Assembly: GCF_009914755.1 (NCBI RefSeq)
Contig: NC_060946.1
DNA from: the human T2T-CHM13v2.0 reference genome, Homo sapiens
Length of the DNA: 64,000 nucleotides
Direction: 5' to 3' (one strand)
Shown: positions 13,852 to 30,478 of the stretch, in pieces
Layout of the letters: every line of letters begins with the position of its first letter
How positions within the stretch are numbered: the first letter of the stretch is position 1
Program-made: the position numbers and the translations under genes
Notes under the pieces: model-generated
Told to the model about the DNA's origin: nothing
The model's database searches: none
The model's input: only the letters and a program-made list of their open reading frames with translations

Positions 13852-14676
13852 TTTTTTTTTAACTTTTAGGTTTGGAGGTACATGTGAGGTTTGTTACATA
13901 GGTAAACTTGTGTCGGGGAGGTTTTTTTTTTTTTTTTTTTTTACATATTATTTCATCATCCAGGTATTAAGCTCAGTACCCAAATAGTTATCTTTTCTGC
14001 TTCCCTCTCTCCTCCTGCCCTCCCCACTTAAGTAGACCCCAGTGTCTATTTCCTTCTTTGTGTTCATAAGTCCTTATGATTTAGCTACCACTGATAGGTG
14101 AGAACATTCAGTATTTGGTTTTCTGTTTCTGCACTAGTTTGCTAAGGATAAGAGCCTCCAGCTCCATCGATGTTCCCACAAAATACATGATCTCATTCTT
14201 TTTTCATAGCTGCATAGTATTCCATGGTATATATGTACCACATTTTCTTTATCCAATCTGTCATTGATGGGTACCTAGGTTGATTCCATGTCTTTGCTAT
14301 TGTAAATAGTGCTGCAGTGAACATTCATATGCATGTATCTTTATAGTAGAATGATTTATATTCCTCTGGGTATCTACTCAGTAATGGGATTGCTCAGTCA
14401 AATAGTTTTGCTTTTAGCTCTTCAAGGTATTGCCATACTGCTTTTTACAGTGGTTGAACTAATTTACACTCCCACCAACAATGTATAAGTGTTCCCTTTT
14501 CTCTGCAACCTTGCCCGCATCTGTTATTTTTTGACTTTTTAGTAATAGCCATTCTGACTGGTGTGAAATGGTATCTCATTGTGGTTTTGATTTGCATTTC
14601 TCTAATCTGTGATATTGAGCTTTTCTTCATATGCTTGGCCACATGCATGTCTTCTTTTGAGAAATGTCTGTTCATG
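13852..14676 (-). mobile_element. 5'-truncated older L1PA (roughly L1PA13-16) LINE-1
   Basis: ORF2 C-terminus and 3'UTR; TSD tcaaaggccaatt at 13839 and 14677. Confidence 0.9.
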
Positions 14677-14841
14677 TCAAAGGCCAATTGTCAGTGCCCC
14701 AGTTCTGCTCAATATCTGCCCTCTTTCTTCTCCAGTCTTAGGCACAGGCTGTGAGCATTGTCTTAGGATTCATGGCTCTTGGGGTGGAATTTGAGCCCTG
14801 TGTTAGAGGCTTCAGTATGACAGAAACTTCCTGAAGTCTTC

Positions 14842-14912
14842 TCCTACTGAAGCCTCCTGTGTTGGAGGCTTCTCCTCCTGAAGAGCCTCCAACACAGGAG
14901 GCTTCAGTAGGA
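14842..14912. repeat. perfect 29-bp inverted repeat with 13-nt spacer
   Basis: tcctactgaagcctcctgtgttggaggct (14842-14870) is the exact reverse complement of 14884-14912. Confidence 0.95.
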
Positions 14913-15607
14913 CAAAAAAAATTGTTCCTCATGAGCTACCTTGTCTCCAGCCATAAGGTAAAATGAGGCATTATTGGAGGCTCCATCAAACAGGTTCTCC
15001 TTCCTTTGATTAATGGAAGGAGCCCAGTCTTTCGGGTGTTTCTCCTTTGAAGTATATCTTACTAAAATGTCTTACCTCTGAAGTTCATTTGCAACCTCAT
15101 ATGCGACTCTTGCTAATGTGTGTCTGTTCACTAGGTGTCTAGTTTGAGGAGATGACAAGAGCATCATTTACTCCCTATGCTCATTCCTGAAACACCTTAT
15201 TTTATTGCAGTGGAAACTGAGATCTGGCCAAAGTTTGATTTGCCCAGGCTGGCATTAAAATACAGTTCTCTTCTACCACCCTTTTCTGTCTTCATGCTAT
15301 ACTCCTTGAGATGGTGACCACAAGTTTAAGTTTAGTATTGCTGTAAAGTTGGGGTTGGGGCTTTGCATGCAATGGAAATGTTACTAAACATCCAAAGTTT
15401 ACTGTCTTCTGGATAGCATAGTAAACAAGTAAAATACTCATGGAGCAGGAAGAATAAAATTTTAGCTATTAGTAAAAAGCATTTTGTTATACAACTTCTG
15501 AATAATTTTCTTTTAAAATTTATTTATAAGGGCCTTTGTTTTTTGGTTAAATTTACAATGTATGTTAGAAGAAATCTGATTAATTTTATTTTTACTTCTT
15601 TTTGCAG

Positions 15608-15658
15608 CAGCAAGATTAAGAAAATTGTGCATTCAATTATATCATCCTTTGCATTTGG
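15608..15658 (+). pseudogene. TPTEP1: TPTE-like 51-nt exon (SKIKKIVHSIISSFAFG)
   Basis: ttgcag|CAGCAAG...TTTGG|gtatgt; near-identical to recalled TPTE/TPTE2 peptide. Confidence 0.92.
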
Positions 15659-15705
15659 GTATGTGAGACATAGAAAACACCATGTATTAAATATATCTGA
15701 GACTT

Positions 15706-16017
<312 letters not shown>

Positions 16018-17100
16018 TTATATGTATCTATACATACATATATATATGAGACTTAATACTTCAATGAGAAACACTGAAATAAAATAACAAAAAAGCATTT
16101 CCACTGTCCATCAGTTGCTAAGTAGCCATGTGCCCCATTTAATGTAATCTAATTTATCATGGAATTTTGGTTTAAGCTGGACATTAAGAATTGCAAATAA
16201 ATGGCTTTTGCCTAAGATTAATAGTAACATTAATATTGTTTTTCTTCCATCTGCAGAAGTAACATTAATGAAAATCAAATGTTAAAATTATATAATTATT
16301 AGTAAAGTGTTTTATTAGTACCTTATACATCTGGAATTACTCTTTAATTCTGGAAACAATTTACTTAGACTACATAAGAGTAAGATTTCATACTATAATA
16401 TAGATTTATGCAATATAATTGTTTCCTTCTGAATTAATATTTGAATTTGAGCTGCAAGTTTTTAAAAAAGTACTTCAAAGACTAATTCACCTTCATAGAT
16501 TAGGCAAATAGTCTAATCAATTTATGGAGAATGTATTTAGAATATGTAACAGCAAGTGGCAGGAGGTACTTTAGAGTTCAAGACTCATGTGCCCATCACT
16601 CTGCTAGAAGCACCCATAAATATGAAATCATGTACTTGTTGAAAATGTCACTGATGAAAAATCTTGGTCTTTTAAGAGCTTATGTTACTCATGCTTTCAT
16701 TTGGTTTTTATTAATAAATTCTTTAGAATTATCCAGATTAATGAGGGTTTATTTTTTATGAGAAATTGGTATAAACTTCTTATGAAATTCTCAAATTTTA
16801 AGAAGAGTTTGTAAACAGACACAGGTGATTTTAATTCAGTTTTACTTTTCTCTCTTGAGGTGTTGGTCTGATGTGTCTACTATAAAAGGCCATGATAATA
16901 TCTTGTGAAGTGGTTTGGTGAGAATTTTGTTTATTAAGAACTGCTTCTATTGGGTGAAAACAGTGATTTTTCTGAGATTCTAAGGCATTACAGTTTTTCC
17001 TGCCACTGGGCAGCTTAATACTAAATAATGACATTTTGGTACCTGATCAGTGGCTTAAATATAGTATAGCTATAGGGACAAATGCCCCTTTATCTTTGCA

Positions 17101-17144
17101 TTTATTTATTTATTTATTTATTTATTTATTTGTTTGTTTGTTTT
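17101..17144. repeat. (TTTA)n(TTTG)n tract forming the exon's polypyrimidine tract
   Basis: Seen directly upstream of the acceptor AG at 17145-17146. Confidence 0.9.
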
Positions 17145-17146
17145 AG

Positions 17147-17308
17147 ACTATTTGGAGTTTTCCTGGTCTTACTGGATGTCACTCTCGTCCTTGCCGACCT
17201 AATTTTCACTGACAGCAAACTTTATATTCCTTCGGAGTATCGTTCTATTTCTCTAGCTATTGCCTTATTTTTTCTCATGGATGTTCTTCTTCGAGTATTT
17301 GTAGAAGG
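17147..17308 (+). pseudogene. TPTEP1: TPTE-like 162-nt exon (voltage-sensor S1-S2 region)
   Basis: ttttag|ACTATTTGG...GTAGAAGG|gtaagt; open frame [20 protein letters not shown]...LLRVFVEG. Confidence 0.95.
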
Positions 17309-17355
17309 GTAAGTTTGATTATTTTTATAATGCATTAAGCTATTTTGTACTTTTA

Positions 17356-19885
<2,530 letters not shown>

Positions 19886-19889
19886 CCCA

Positions 19890-22800
19890 ACCTTATGTCC
19901 AAGGGTACTTGTTGTTTAGCTCTCATAGGTGAGAATATGTGGTATTTGGTTTTCTGGTCCTGCATTAATTTGCTTAGGATAATGGCCTCCAGCTCCATCT
20001 ATGTTGCTGCAAAAGACCTGATTTCACTCATATTTATGGCTGTGTAGAATTCCATCGTGTATATGTACCACATTTTCTTTATCCAATCCACCACTGATGG
20101 GCACCTAGGTTGATTCCATATCTTTACTATTGTGAATAGCACAGCAATGAACATATCAGTGTGTGTGTCTTTTGGTAGAATGGTCTTTTTCCCATTGGGT
20201 ATATATCCAATAGTGGGATTACTGGGTCGAATGGTAGCTCGTTTTAAGTTCTTTGAGACATCTCCAGACTGCTTTCCACAGTGGCTGAACTAATTTACAC
20301 TCCCATCAACAATGTATAAATGTTCCCTTTTCTCTGCAGCCTTGCCAGCATCTGTTGTTTTTGACTTTTTATCAATCGCCATTCTGACTAGTGTGAGAGG
20401 GTATCTCATTGTGGTTTTGATTTGCACTTCTCTGACAATTCGTGAAGTGAAGCATTTTTCCAGATGCTCATTGGTCACTTGTATGTCTTCTTTTGAGAAG
20501 TATGTGTCATGTTCTTTCCACATTTTTAATGGGGTTATTTGGTTTCTGCGTGTGGATTTGTGTAAGTTCCTTATAGATTCTGGATATTAGACCTTTGTTG
20601 GATACATAGTTTGCAAATGTTTCCTCCTGTTCTCTGGGTTATCTGTTTGCTCTGTCGATCATTTCTCTTGCTGTGCCAAAGCGCTTTAGCTTTATTAGGT
20701 CCCACTTGTCAATCTTTGTTGTTATTGCAATTGCTTTTGGGGACTTAGTTAAAAATTCTTTCCCAAGGCCAATGTCAAGAAGGGTATTTCTGAGGTTTTC
20801 TTCTAGGACTTTTATCACTTGAGGTCTTACATTTAAATCTTTAATCTATCTCCAGTTAATTTTTGTATATGATGAAAGGTATGGGTCGAGTATCATTATT
20901 CTGCATATTGCTAGCCAGTTACCCCAACACCATTTATTGAATAGGGAGTCCTTCCCCCGTTGCTTGTTTTTGTCAGCCTTGCAATATCAGGTGGTTTTAA
21001 GTGTAAGGCTTTATTCTGGGTTTTCTATTCTGTTCCTTTGGTCTATATGTCTGCTTTTGTACCAGTACCATGCTGTTTTGGATACTGTAGCCTTATAGTT
21101 TGAAGCCTCTGGCTTTGCCCTTTTGCTTAGATTTGCTTAGGCTGTTGAGGCCCTCTTTTGGTTTCATATGACTTCTAGAATACTTTTTTCTAATTCTGTG
21201 AAGAACGACATTGGTAGTTTGATAGAAATAGCACTGAATCTGTCAATTGCTTTGGGCAGTGTGGCCATTTGAATGATACTGATTCTTCCAATCCATGAGC
21301 ATGGAATGTTTTTCCATTTAATTGTGTTATCTCTGATTTCTTTCCGCAGTGTTTTATAGTTCTTGTAGAGATCTTTCACATCCTTTGTTAGTTGTATTCC
21401 TAGTTATTTCATTTTCCTTGTCGCTACCATAAATGGGATTCTGTTCTTGATTTAACTCTCAGCCTGGACATTATTGGTGTATAGAAATGCTGTTGATTTT
21501 TATACATTGATTTTTTATCCTGAAACTTTGTTAAAGTTATTAGTTCTAGTAGCCTTTTGGCAGAGTCTTTGCTTTTCTGGATATAGAATCATGTCATCAG
21601 TGAAGAGAAATAATTTGACTTCTTCTTTTGCTATTTGGATGCCTATTCTTTCTTTCTCCTGCTTGAGTTCTCTAGGTAGGACTTCCAGTGCTATGTTGAA
21701 TAGGAGTGATGAGAGTCGGCATCATTGTCTTGCTCCATTTCTCATGGGGATTGGTTCCAACTTGTGCCCATTCAGTAGGTTGGTGGCTGTGAGTTTGTCA
21801 TAGATGGCTCCTATTATTTTGAGGTATGTTCCCTTGATGCCGAGTCTGTTGAGGTTTTTAATGTGAAGGGATGTTGGATTTTATCAGAAGTTGTTTCTGC
21901 ATCTATTCAGATGATGATATGATTTTTCTTTTAGTTCTGTTTATGTGGTGAATCACATTTAGTGATTTGGGTATGTTGAACCAGCCTTGCATCCCTGTAC
22001 TGAAGCCTTGATTGTGGTGGATTAACTTACTGATGTGCTGCTGGATTCTGTTTCCTAGTATTTGGTTGAGAATTTTTGTGTCTATGTTAATCAGAGTAAT
22101 TGGCCTGAAGTTTTCTTTTTGTGTGTTTCTCTGCCAGATTTTGGTATTAGGCTGATGCTGGCTTCATAGACTGAGTTAGGGAGGAGCCCCTCATCCTCAG
22201 TTCTTTGGAATAGTTTCAATAGAACTAGTACCAGTTCTTTTGTACATCTGGTAGAATTCAGCTGTTGCTTCATCTGGTCCAGGGCTTTTCCTTGTTGGTA
22301 GATTTTACATTAATGATTTGATTTTGGAACTCGGTATTTGTCTAAGGTTTCAATCTCTTTCTATTTCAATCTTGGGAGATTGTATGTTTCCAGGAATTTC
22401 TCCATTTCCTCTAGATTATCTAATTTGTGTGCATAGAGTTGTTTATAGTATTCTCTGAGGATCTTTTGTATTTCTGTGGGATTGTTTGTAATGTCATCTT
22501 TGTCATTTATGATTGTACTTATTTGGCTCTTCTCTTTTTTTCTTTGTTTAGCTATCAGGCTATCCATCTTGTTTATTTTTTGAAAAACTAATTATTGGTT
22601 TCATTGATCTTTTGTGTGGATTTTTGCATCTAGTCTAAAAAAAACAGCACTTCAAAAAGCACTTCATTCAGTGCTTCTCTAATTTTAGTTATTTCTCTTC
22701 TGCCAGCTTTGGAGTTAGTTTATTCTTTTTTTCTAGTTCCCTTAAGTGCAAAGTAGGAAAGTTAATTTGAGATATTTCTAACTTCTTGATGAAGGCATTT

Positions 22801-23455
22801 CGTGCTGTAAACTTTCCTCTTAACACTGCCTTAGCTGCATCCCAGAGATTCTGGTATGTTGTGTCCCTATTTTCATTAATTGCAAAGAATTTTTTTATTT
22901 CTGCCTTAATTTAGATTTTCACCCAGGAGTTATTCAGGAGCAAATTATGTAATTACCATGTATTTATGTAGTTTTGAGAGATCTTCTTGATACTGATTTC
23001 TATTTTTGTCTCACTGTGGTCAGAGTGTGTGCTTGGTATGATTTCAAACTTTTTGAATTTATTGAGGCTTGCTTTATGGCCAAGCATGTGCTTGATCTTA
23101 GAATATGTTCTGTGTGCACATAAGAATGTATCTTCTGTGTTTGTTGGTCAAAGCGTTCTGTAGATGTCTATCAGGTCCAATTGGTCAACTGTCAAGTGCA
23201 AGTACAGAGTTTGTTAGTTTTCTGCCTCAATGATCTGTCTATTGCTGTCAGTGGGTTGTTGAAGTCTCCTGCTGCTATTGTGTGTCTAAATCTTTTTGTA
23301 GGCCAAGAAAAACTTGTTTTATGAATTTGGGTGCTCCAATGTTGGGTGTGTACATATTTAGGCTAGGTCTTCTGGTTGAATTGTGTCCTTTATCATTCTA
23401 TAAGGAATGCTCTTCTTTGTCCTTAATTTTTATTCGTTAAAAATATGTTTTATTT
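19890..23455 (-). mobile_element. older L1PA/L1PB ORF2 and 3' region
   Basis: ORF2-like peptides ([34 protein letters not shown]) on the - strand, with many disruptions. Confidence 0.9.
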
Positions 23456-23747
23456 GGCCAGGCGCAGTGGCTCATGCCTGTAATCCCAGCACTTTGGGAG
23501 GCCGAGGCGGGTGGATCACGAGGTCAGGAGTTCGAGGCCAGCCTGACCAACATGGTGAAACCCTGTCTGTACTAAAAATACAAAAATTAGCCAGGTGTGG
23601 TAGAGCACCCCTGTAATCCCACTTACTCGGGAGGCTGAGGCAGGAGAATTGCTTGAACCCAGGAAGCAGAGGTTGCAGTGAGCCGAGACTGCACCACTGC
23701 ACTTCAGACTGGCAAGAGACTGAGACTCCATATTAAAAAAAAAAAAA
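23456..23747 (+). mobile_element. AluS at the L1 / SLC25A15-3'UTR boundary
   Basis: Full dimer with A-tail; no matching TSD. Confidence 0.95.
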
Positions 23748-24244
23748 TCAACCACTTAGAATAGTAACACACATTAAGCAGATCATACATCTAGAATGGG
23801 TTAAGCAACCATTTGTAAGCATCTTCATAAGAAATGATCACCTCTGGGTTTTTCTGGTAATATTTGAAATAAACATGGAACCAAACTGTATTTCCCTCAG
23901 CACATAACTGTCCAAATTGCATGTGCAAGTAGAGGTTTATGTAAAAGCCCTGACAGAACTGTACTCAGTCTTTTGAATTAGATGCATAAGGCTACTGACC
24001 ACTCTCTATTTTACCAAGGGAAAGAGCAGTGACTTCTCTATTTCAGTACAATTATGGGCAGAAATGACATGATGCAAAATAGAGGTTCTTCCATACAATT
24101 TAAGATGTAGGGTATAAGGGAAGACGAAAAAGCAAAATTCCCAAGAAATCAGAATAACTTCACACTGGTCTTGTACTACAAGAAACCCTGAGATGAACTG
24201 TAGTCCTCAAACACCTGTGCTTGGCTCAGGCCCTCCAAGACACT

Positions 24245-24369
24245 TCAGTGTGCTTCCAACTGGCTCATAATCAACTTCCTGGTATATTCGTAGGCCAAAA
24301 AGAGTGCTCCATTGTCAGGGAATGCTCGAATCATAGTAGGTTTCAGTCCAGAATATAAGGCCATTATTC
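24245..24369 (-). pseudogene. SLC25A15P5: SLC25A15-like last coding exon ([41 protein letters not shown])
   Basis: ttctag|GAATAATGG...; stop at 24245-24247. Confidence 0.93.
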
Positions 24370-24998
24370 CTAGAAGACAAAAGGGCAAGTAAAGACTGCA
24401 ACAGTCCCTCCTTTGGGGACACCCACACAACTGCATAGCACAGGTATATTTACACATGCAAATCCAGACAAGTGTGCTAAAAACCAACAAGTCATGGAAG
24501 GACGCATTCCCAGCTTTCCCTAAATAGACCAACAGAAACAAGGACAAGTATCAGGTCTCCTGGCGAAACTGACTGATGCTCAGGTAACATACCCCAATTC
24601 CATGCTTGGTTAACTCTTAGTACACGGATGGGTCAGCGTTGAGGCCTGAGATGGCCAGACAGATGCAACCATGGAGACAGAGGTGGCCACAGCTTTGCAG
24701 CTTCACCTGGGCAGTGGCAAGAGCACCAACCTTGAGGTTGGAGACTGGTTTATAATATTAGTACTGCCCAGGGTGGTTATGAAGATTGAATTAGATAAGG
24801 GAGGTATAAGTACTTTGTAAAACTTCACGTTATACAAATTTAAGGGAGGATTACTATGAGTAATAGACAAGTTATCTGTGCTCTATTTGGGACACAAAGT
24901 TGCTGTGTTACTGTTCTCTTTCCTTTTACAATCAAAACAGAGCAGTTCACATCTCAGATTTTAAGATGTATACTAGATGCTGGAAAAACAGGTGTTTA

Positions 24999-25166
<168 letters not shown>

Positions 25167-26180
25167 CTAGAGAAAAAAAAAATAGCAAATGGTATTTTAT
25201 CTCAAGAACAGCTGATGTGACATTTCCAGAGGTCAATGTAGTAATGGCTGCAGGTAGGTGCAAATAGAAATGCTAATGCTGCGGAAGAGTTCTTTGTGGA
25301 AACTGTCAAAGCTCTTGTTCCCAGGCTCTAAGAACACAAGGTTTTGTTTGGTAGCCCAGGTCTACGCCTGGATCTTGCCAAGTACAAGAAGCTCTAGTGA
25401 GGGTTGTATTTTGTTTGGTCACTGAGGTGTCGAGGGCTGGCCCACATGAACCAGCAGGCCTCCAGCTGAGTGGCAACCCCTTACGGTGGGGAGAAGACAG
25501 GCCAAACACAATCTACGTCTTTTTTTCTTTTTTCAACTTTCTCATTCTTAAGCATTTTAATAGCCCCGATTCTTCCTTTACCATGTTTTTATTAAACATA
25601 GCAGTTAAGTCTGGGAGCTTGTCTAATCCCAGAATAGATTCAAAATGCTGAGGGAGATGGTAAGAACAGGTAAATGCATTTGCATTCACAGCAGTGGGGT
25701 GTGATGGTGTTTGCTCCCTGCAGGTATGGTTTCTGTGGATTCTCTGCTCTTTGTGCTCTCCTCCCCACATTGGTGGCTCCACCTGGCACAGGGAAGCTTC
25801 TGGATTCCAGAAGGTAACATGTTGGCAGGCAGTTGATAGCACCCCACCCTCCAGGCTTGATAATTTCCTTAGGACAGGGGCTGAAGCAGTACATCCCAAA
25901 CTTTCTTACTGGAATAAGGTTTGTTAATTTTTCTAGATCTATTTTAGAAGAGAAGAAATTCAGAAATGACTTTCCCAGTTGGGGAATCACCTATAAATAA
26001 TCTTGAAAAAGCTTAAAACTTGGTAATCTCAGTAGCGTTTTGAGAGTAGCGAAAACCATAGTTCTTTGTAGCTTATCATGTTTAGTTGGTTGGTACCACT
26101 GCATGCGATGTTTGCCTCACATAAGTGAGTTTTTCTTCCCTGATTCCCTGTCTTCTCTCCCCATTTTGTCCTTTGCTAAG

Positions 26181-26361
26181 GAAACTGAACTGAACTGAAG
26201 TCCAGGTCTTCTGTAATAGAGTGTCTCTCCTTCAACAGGGAACAACACTACAGTCGCCCGTAGTTTTGTTTCTGTTCAGTCTCCATTGTGGCATGCCACA
26301 CTCTCCTGGTTTGGGCCCTGCTCATTTCTTTACTGCCTTCCTGCCTGCCCTTTTTGTGCAG
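26181..26361 (+). ncRNA. TPTEP1: candidate non-coding 181-nt exon of the TPTE-pseudogene lncRNA, antisense within the SLC25A15 pseudogene intron
   Basis: ttttgtcctttgctaag|GAAACTG...GTGCAG|gtaggt; consistent with my recollection of the TPTEP1 exon layout (unverified). Confidence 0.55.
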
Positions 26362-27080
26362 GTAGGTCATCCCATTCATGCTCAGCCCTCCTCGCTGTCT
26401 ACACTGTCTTCTTGGGCAATCGTATCCAGTCCCAAGCCTTTTAAAAAAACAAGCTATACCCATCCTGGTGGAATTCCTGCCTATAAAAGGGCGCACCTTC
26501 AGACCTCCAGGCATGTCCAGCGAACACTGCTATGCACACGGAACCAAATTCAGTTGTGTGGGACCTGCAGCTGCAATTGGGTTTCCAACTTCCATTGCTG
26601 ATGATCAAGTTAAAATACGAATGTGCTGGATTAAATGCTTTATTCAGCTTATCTGCATCTAGGTTATCTAAATTACACACCCACTTAAAACATTCTGTCA
26701 CCTCTTCTCTTGGAATAATTAATTATTTTAATGTAATTCAGATCTCATTTTATCCTAGCCCAGCAGTACCTGGGAGAGAATGACTCAATCATAGTAAAAT
26801 CATATTAAATTATATTCCACTGATTCAGAATTGGAGATAATCTGGCAATTAAAGTGAGAAGTGTGTCATTCCTCTCCTGGAAGAAATGAACAGTAATGAT
26901 GGGATCACAGAGATCATACATATAAGGGCCCAATACAGGTTCAAAACATGCCCATCGGCAACTGCCTTACATACCTGGCTCCCAACCATACTGTTACAAT
27001 TTCTATCTTTCAAACTCACTGTAAATTACAAATGTGGTACCCAAATACCTGTATGCACATAAATATGAAAAGGTAAACTC

Positions 27081-27381
<301 letters not shown>

Positions 27382-28819
27382 AAAAGTAAACTTTTTAATT
27401 CCATCACAATATGTTCTAGATCTCTGACAGACTGAAAGACATAGAATGTCAAAAGGTGAGACTCTCTCATGTGGCTAAACACCCTCCTACTGCAGATACA
27501 GAACTGAGCCCAAGAGCATTCACATGCTGGTGAGAGGTGGTGGCCAGGGGCAGGCAGATGGTTGCACCACTCTCAGGGTCAGCATCCTCCCCAGTGTGGC
27601 ATGGGGGAGGGGAGGGGAGGGGGCACGGGGCCTGGGAGGCTGTAGCCTAAAGGCACGCAGCGGGCAAGAGACTACTGGGCGGACCCCTGCCAGCCTTCAG
27701 TTCCATGAGCGTCTGGTGCCAGGACGCTCCTTGTGGGCTCTGCCCTGGGAGAAGTGCCCTTGCCCAGTGCTCCTTCTCGGTGTCTGTGACGTGCTGTCTC
27801 CAGTCCTCCTCATTAGCATACCTTGGCCGACCTTTGGCTCATGGAAAAACACTTTGCTCTTCTCGGAACAATTTCTTTTTCACAACTGAGCAAATGACTG
27901 ATGAGGTGACCACACTCATGACCATACTCATCTGTTGGTGGTGGGTGGGGGGTGGACTGGATGAGGACAGCATTGGGCAACACTCTTTCTGGCCTCCCCA
28001 CTGCAGGGAGCCACAATTACTGTGGGAGGCCAGGGTAGTCCAGGGTTTCCCTTTGGGCCATCAGCATTCCAACTGCTCCTCCTACTTCTGGCCTCTGGAG
28101 AACTAAATTACCACCATGCACTTCCCATTCCACCTGTGCCTCAGCCCGAGGGTCCTGCTCTTCCTGCATATTCAAGCTGATCTTTCTAGGGAGTAGCCTG
28201 CACTGTGCCAGCACTACCCCCTTGTCACAGGCAGCACCTCCCTGTGCTGGGGGAGCCTCAGTCTGCCCTTGGGCTCAGGCCCCTAGGCTCAGGTTAGCTG
28301 ACATTCCCAGGAAATCCTACAACTTCTCCTTTCCTTTCATGGCTGTAAGACACAGTCCACTATCAGTCTCATTGTAAAAGACATTTCTAAAGAGTGTCCT
28401 CCTTTCTTTCCCAACACTAGCAGGGACAGTAAGTGATGTTTCCTGGGAGATGCTATGGTGTTATTTTTGCACTACAAGGGCTCTGAAGACTGCCAGGCTT
28501 GAAATGAAGAACGATGTCACCTGCCTATCACAGCCAGGTGACAATGGACAAGGGGCTTCACCTCTGAGCTGTTTTCCAGCTGCACTGGGCACATTCCTCC
28601 CCTCACCCTGACTCACAAGGTGTTAGCAATAATGGACACTTCTCTACCTTCTGCCACACTCTGAACAATGCCACACTTCCATCAAATGGATTCATCCCAA
28701 AGGTAAAGCCCATCACTTCTAGAGGGAGAAAGGTAATGTTTTCCTACCACTTTTATTTGATCTCATTTAGAAGGTACTTGAGGAATAGAGAAGACTGGGT
28801 TTTCTCTGGGATTATACTT

Positions 28820-29150
28820 AGGCATTTCTTAACGACTGGGACATGTTCTGAAAAATCTGTCATTACACAATTTCATCATTGTGCTATCATAGAGCATACA
28901 CACCCGACCCTAGATGGCATAGCCTACTCCACACCTAGGCTGTACAGTATGGCCTGTTGCTCAAGGCTACACACCTGTACAGCATGTTACTGCACTGGAT
29001 ACTGTAGGCAACTGTAACACAGTGGTATTTGTGTATCTAAACGTATATAAACACAGAAAAGGTATAGTAAAAGATGGTATAATTTCATGGGACCACCATC
29101 CGATACACCATCCATCACCAACAGAAACATGGTTATGAGGCACAGGACTG
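28820..29150. mobile_element. Tigger3a/MER7-type DNA transposon (MITE)
   Basis: cttaacgactgggacatgttctgaaaaa...cctagatggcatagcctactccacacctaggct...ggttatgaggcacaggactg. Confidence 0.85.
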
Positions 29151-29153
29151 TAA

Positions 29154-29274
29154 CTGCAGCCCCTGCCATGAGGTCAATGGCAGCCTGGATAGGGGGATTG
29201 GACTTCATGTTTGCCCACTCTTCTGGTCTCATGGAAGGCAGCTCTCTGGAGCTTATGACAGGCACCACATATCC
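29154..29274 (-). pseudogene. SLC25A15P5: SLC25A15-like exon 2 with start codon (MKSNPPIQAAIDLMAGAA); donor GT reads TT
   Basis: cccag|GGATATG...; ATG at 29208-29206; exon ends GCAG|ttacag. Confidence 0.92.
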
Positions 29275-29864
29275 CTGGGGGGAGGCAAGAGTTCACCATT
29301 AGTCCAAGTCTGCAGCCTCCCATTCTCTAGGCCTGCAGCCAAATTACTGGACCTAAACTTCTGGGAGCCATGAACTGGGCTCTACATTGTTCCAAAGGAA
29401 AGGGGCTCAAGGAATCAGTGCAGCTTAGCAATTGTCCCTTAGAAAGCTCACAGATCAAAAACCTCCCCTGCGTATCAATTCTACAGCCACCAGCAGCACT
29501 TCAACTGACCTTTCTGAAAACTGAAAAAATGAACACCAAATAAGTCAACCACAGATGTACTAACCCACATCAGGCTTGCTTTTTTAGAGGCCTGCGCTGA
29601 GCCATCAACTGAACAGGCTCACTTCTAAATCAGAAAGCAGCCTGTGCTGCGTGCCTAAGGGAACGTCACAAGACAGTAGGTCTGGAAAGAAGCACCCAGG
29701 CAGCCAAGGGTGGGAGCTGCACCCCAGGATCACAAACGCCTTGGTGAATGCCTGCTCTACCTGCAGTGTGGCCCCTTTGGCCTCTACAGCTGGAAGTCTT
29801 CATCTGTACAAAGTGAATAATAAAAATATTATAAAACAAAGGCAGTCACAAATAGCCACATTGG

Positions 29865-30478
29865 TGTTGAGGTGATCAAACCCAACACCAGGCCATGGGG
29901 GCTACAAAGTCCGGCAGAGTCAAAGGAATGAGACAAGCTAATAGTACACAAAGTGGGTCCAGGGGGCCAATGCTAGTATAGAGGCTGTGAAGGCCCTGAA
30001 CTCTGGGAGCCCACACCATTTATTGGAGATTAAACAAAGAAGCAGGTGGTGAGGACGTGCTGGTCAAAAGGAAGCAGTCACATCAAGTGTTTAGTTTATA
30101 GCTGTGTCGGTCTAGCATTTTCTTTGAAGCATATGGAACATGTTCTGCTACTCGAGATAATGAACATTTCCTTCTACCTCAAGGTACAATCAGTTTATGA
30201 TCCTGGGAGAGCAAGAAGCAAGGAGCCAGCAAGTCTGGACACATTCCAGAGGCCACGAGGGGTTTTATGTCCTGAGTCCTGGATTCCATCCAAGCCATGA
30301 GGGGTTTTATGCCCTAGGCTTAGGTTGTAGTGCGGCGGGGCAGCCTTCCACCCTTAAGCACAGAACCTGGTGTTCCATAGGCCACAAGAAGTTTTAAACT
30401 CTGGGCCCAGGACATGTTCCAAGGCTCTTTTCATATTATGTCAGACTAGCAAGTCTTGCCTCAGCTTTTCTCCCAACA
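29865..30478 (-). mobile_element. ERVK solo LTR, LTR14-like
   Basis: Minus strand starts tgttgggagaaaagctgaggc and contains agacttgctggctccttgcttc; TG...CA ends; 5-bp TSD attgg (29860, 30479). Confidence 0.8.

Noticed and set aside
17082-17312. 76-aa hydrophobic ORF as a standalone membrane micropeptide
   Set aside because: It is the TPTE exon read in from an intronic (TTTA)n tract, and it stops in the donor site
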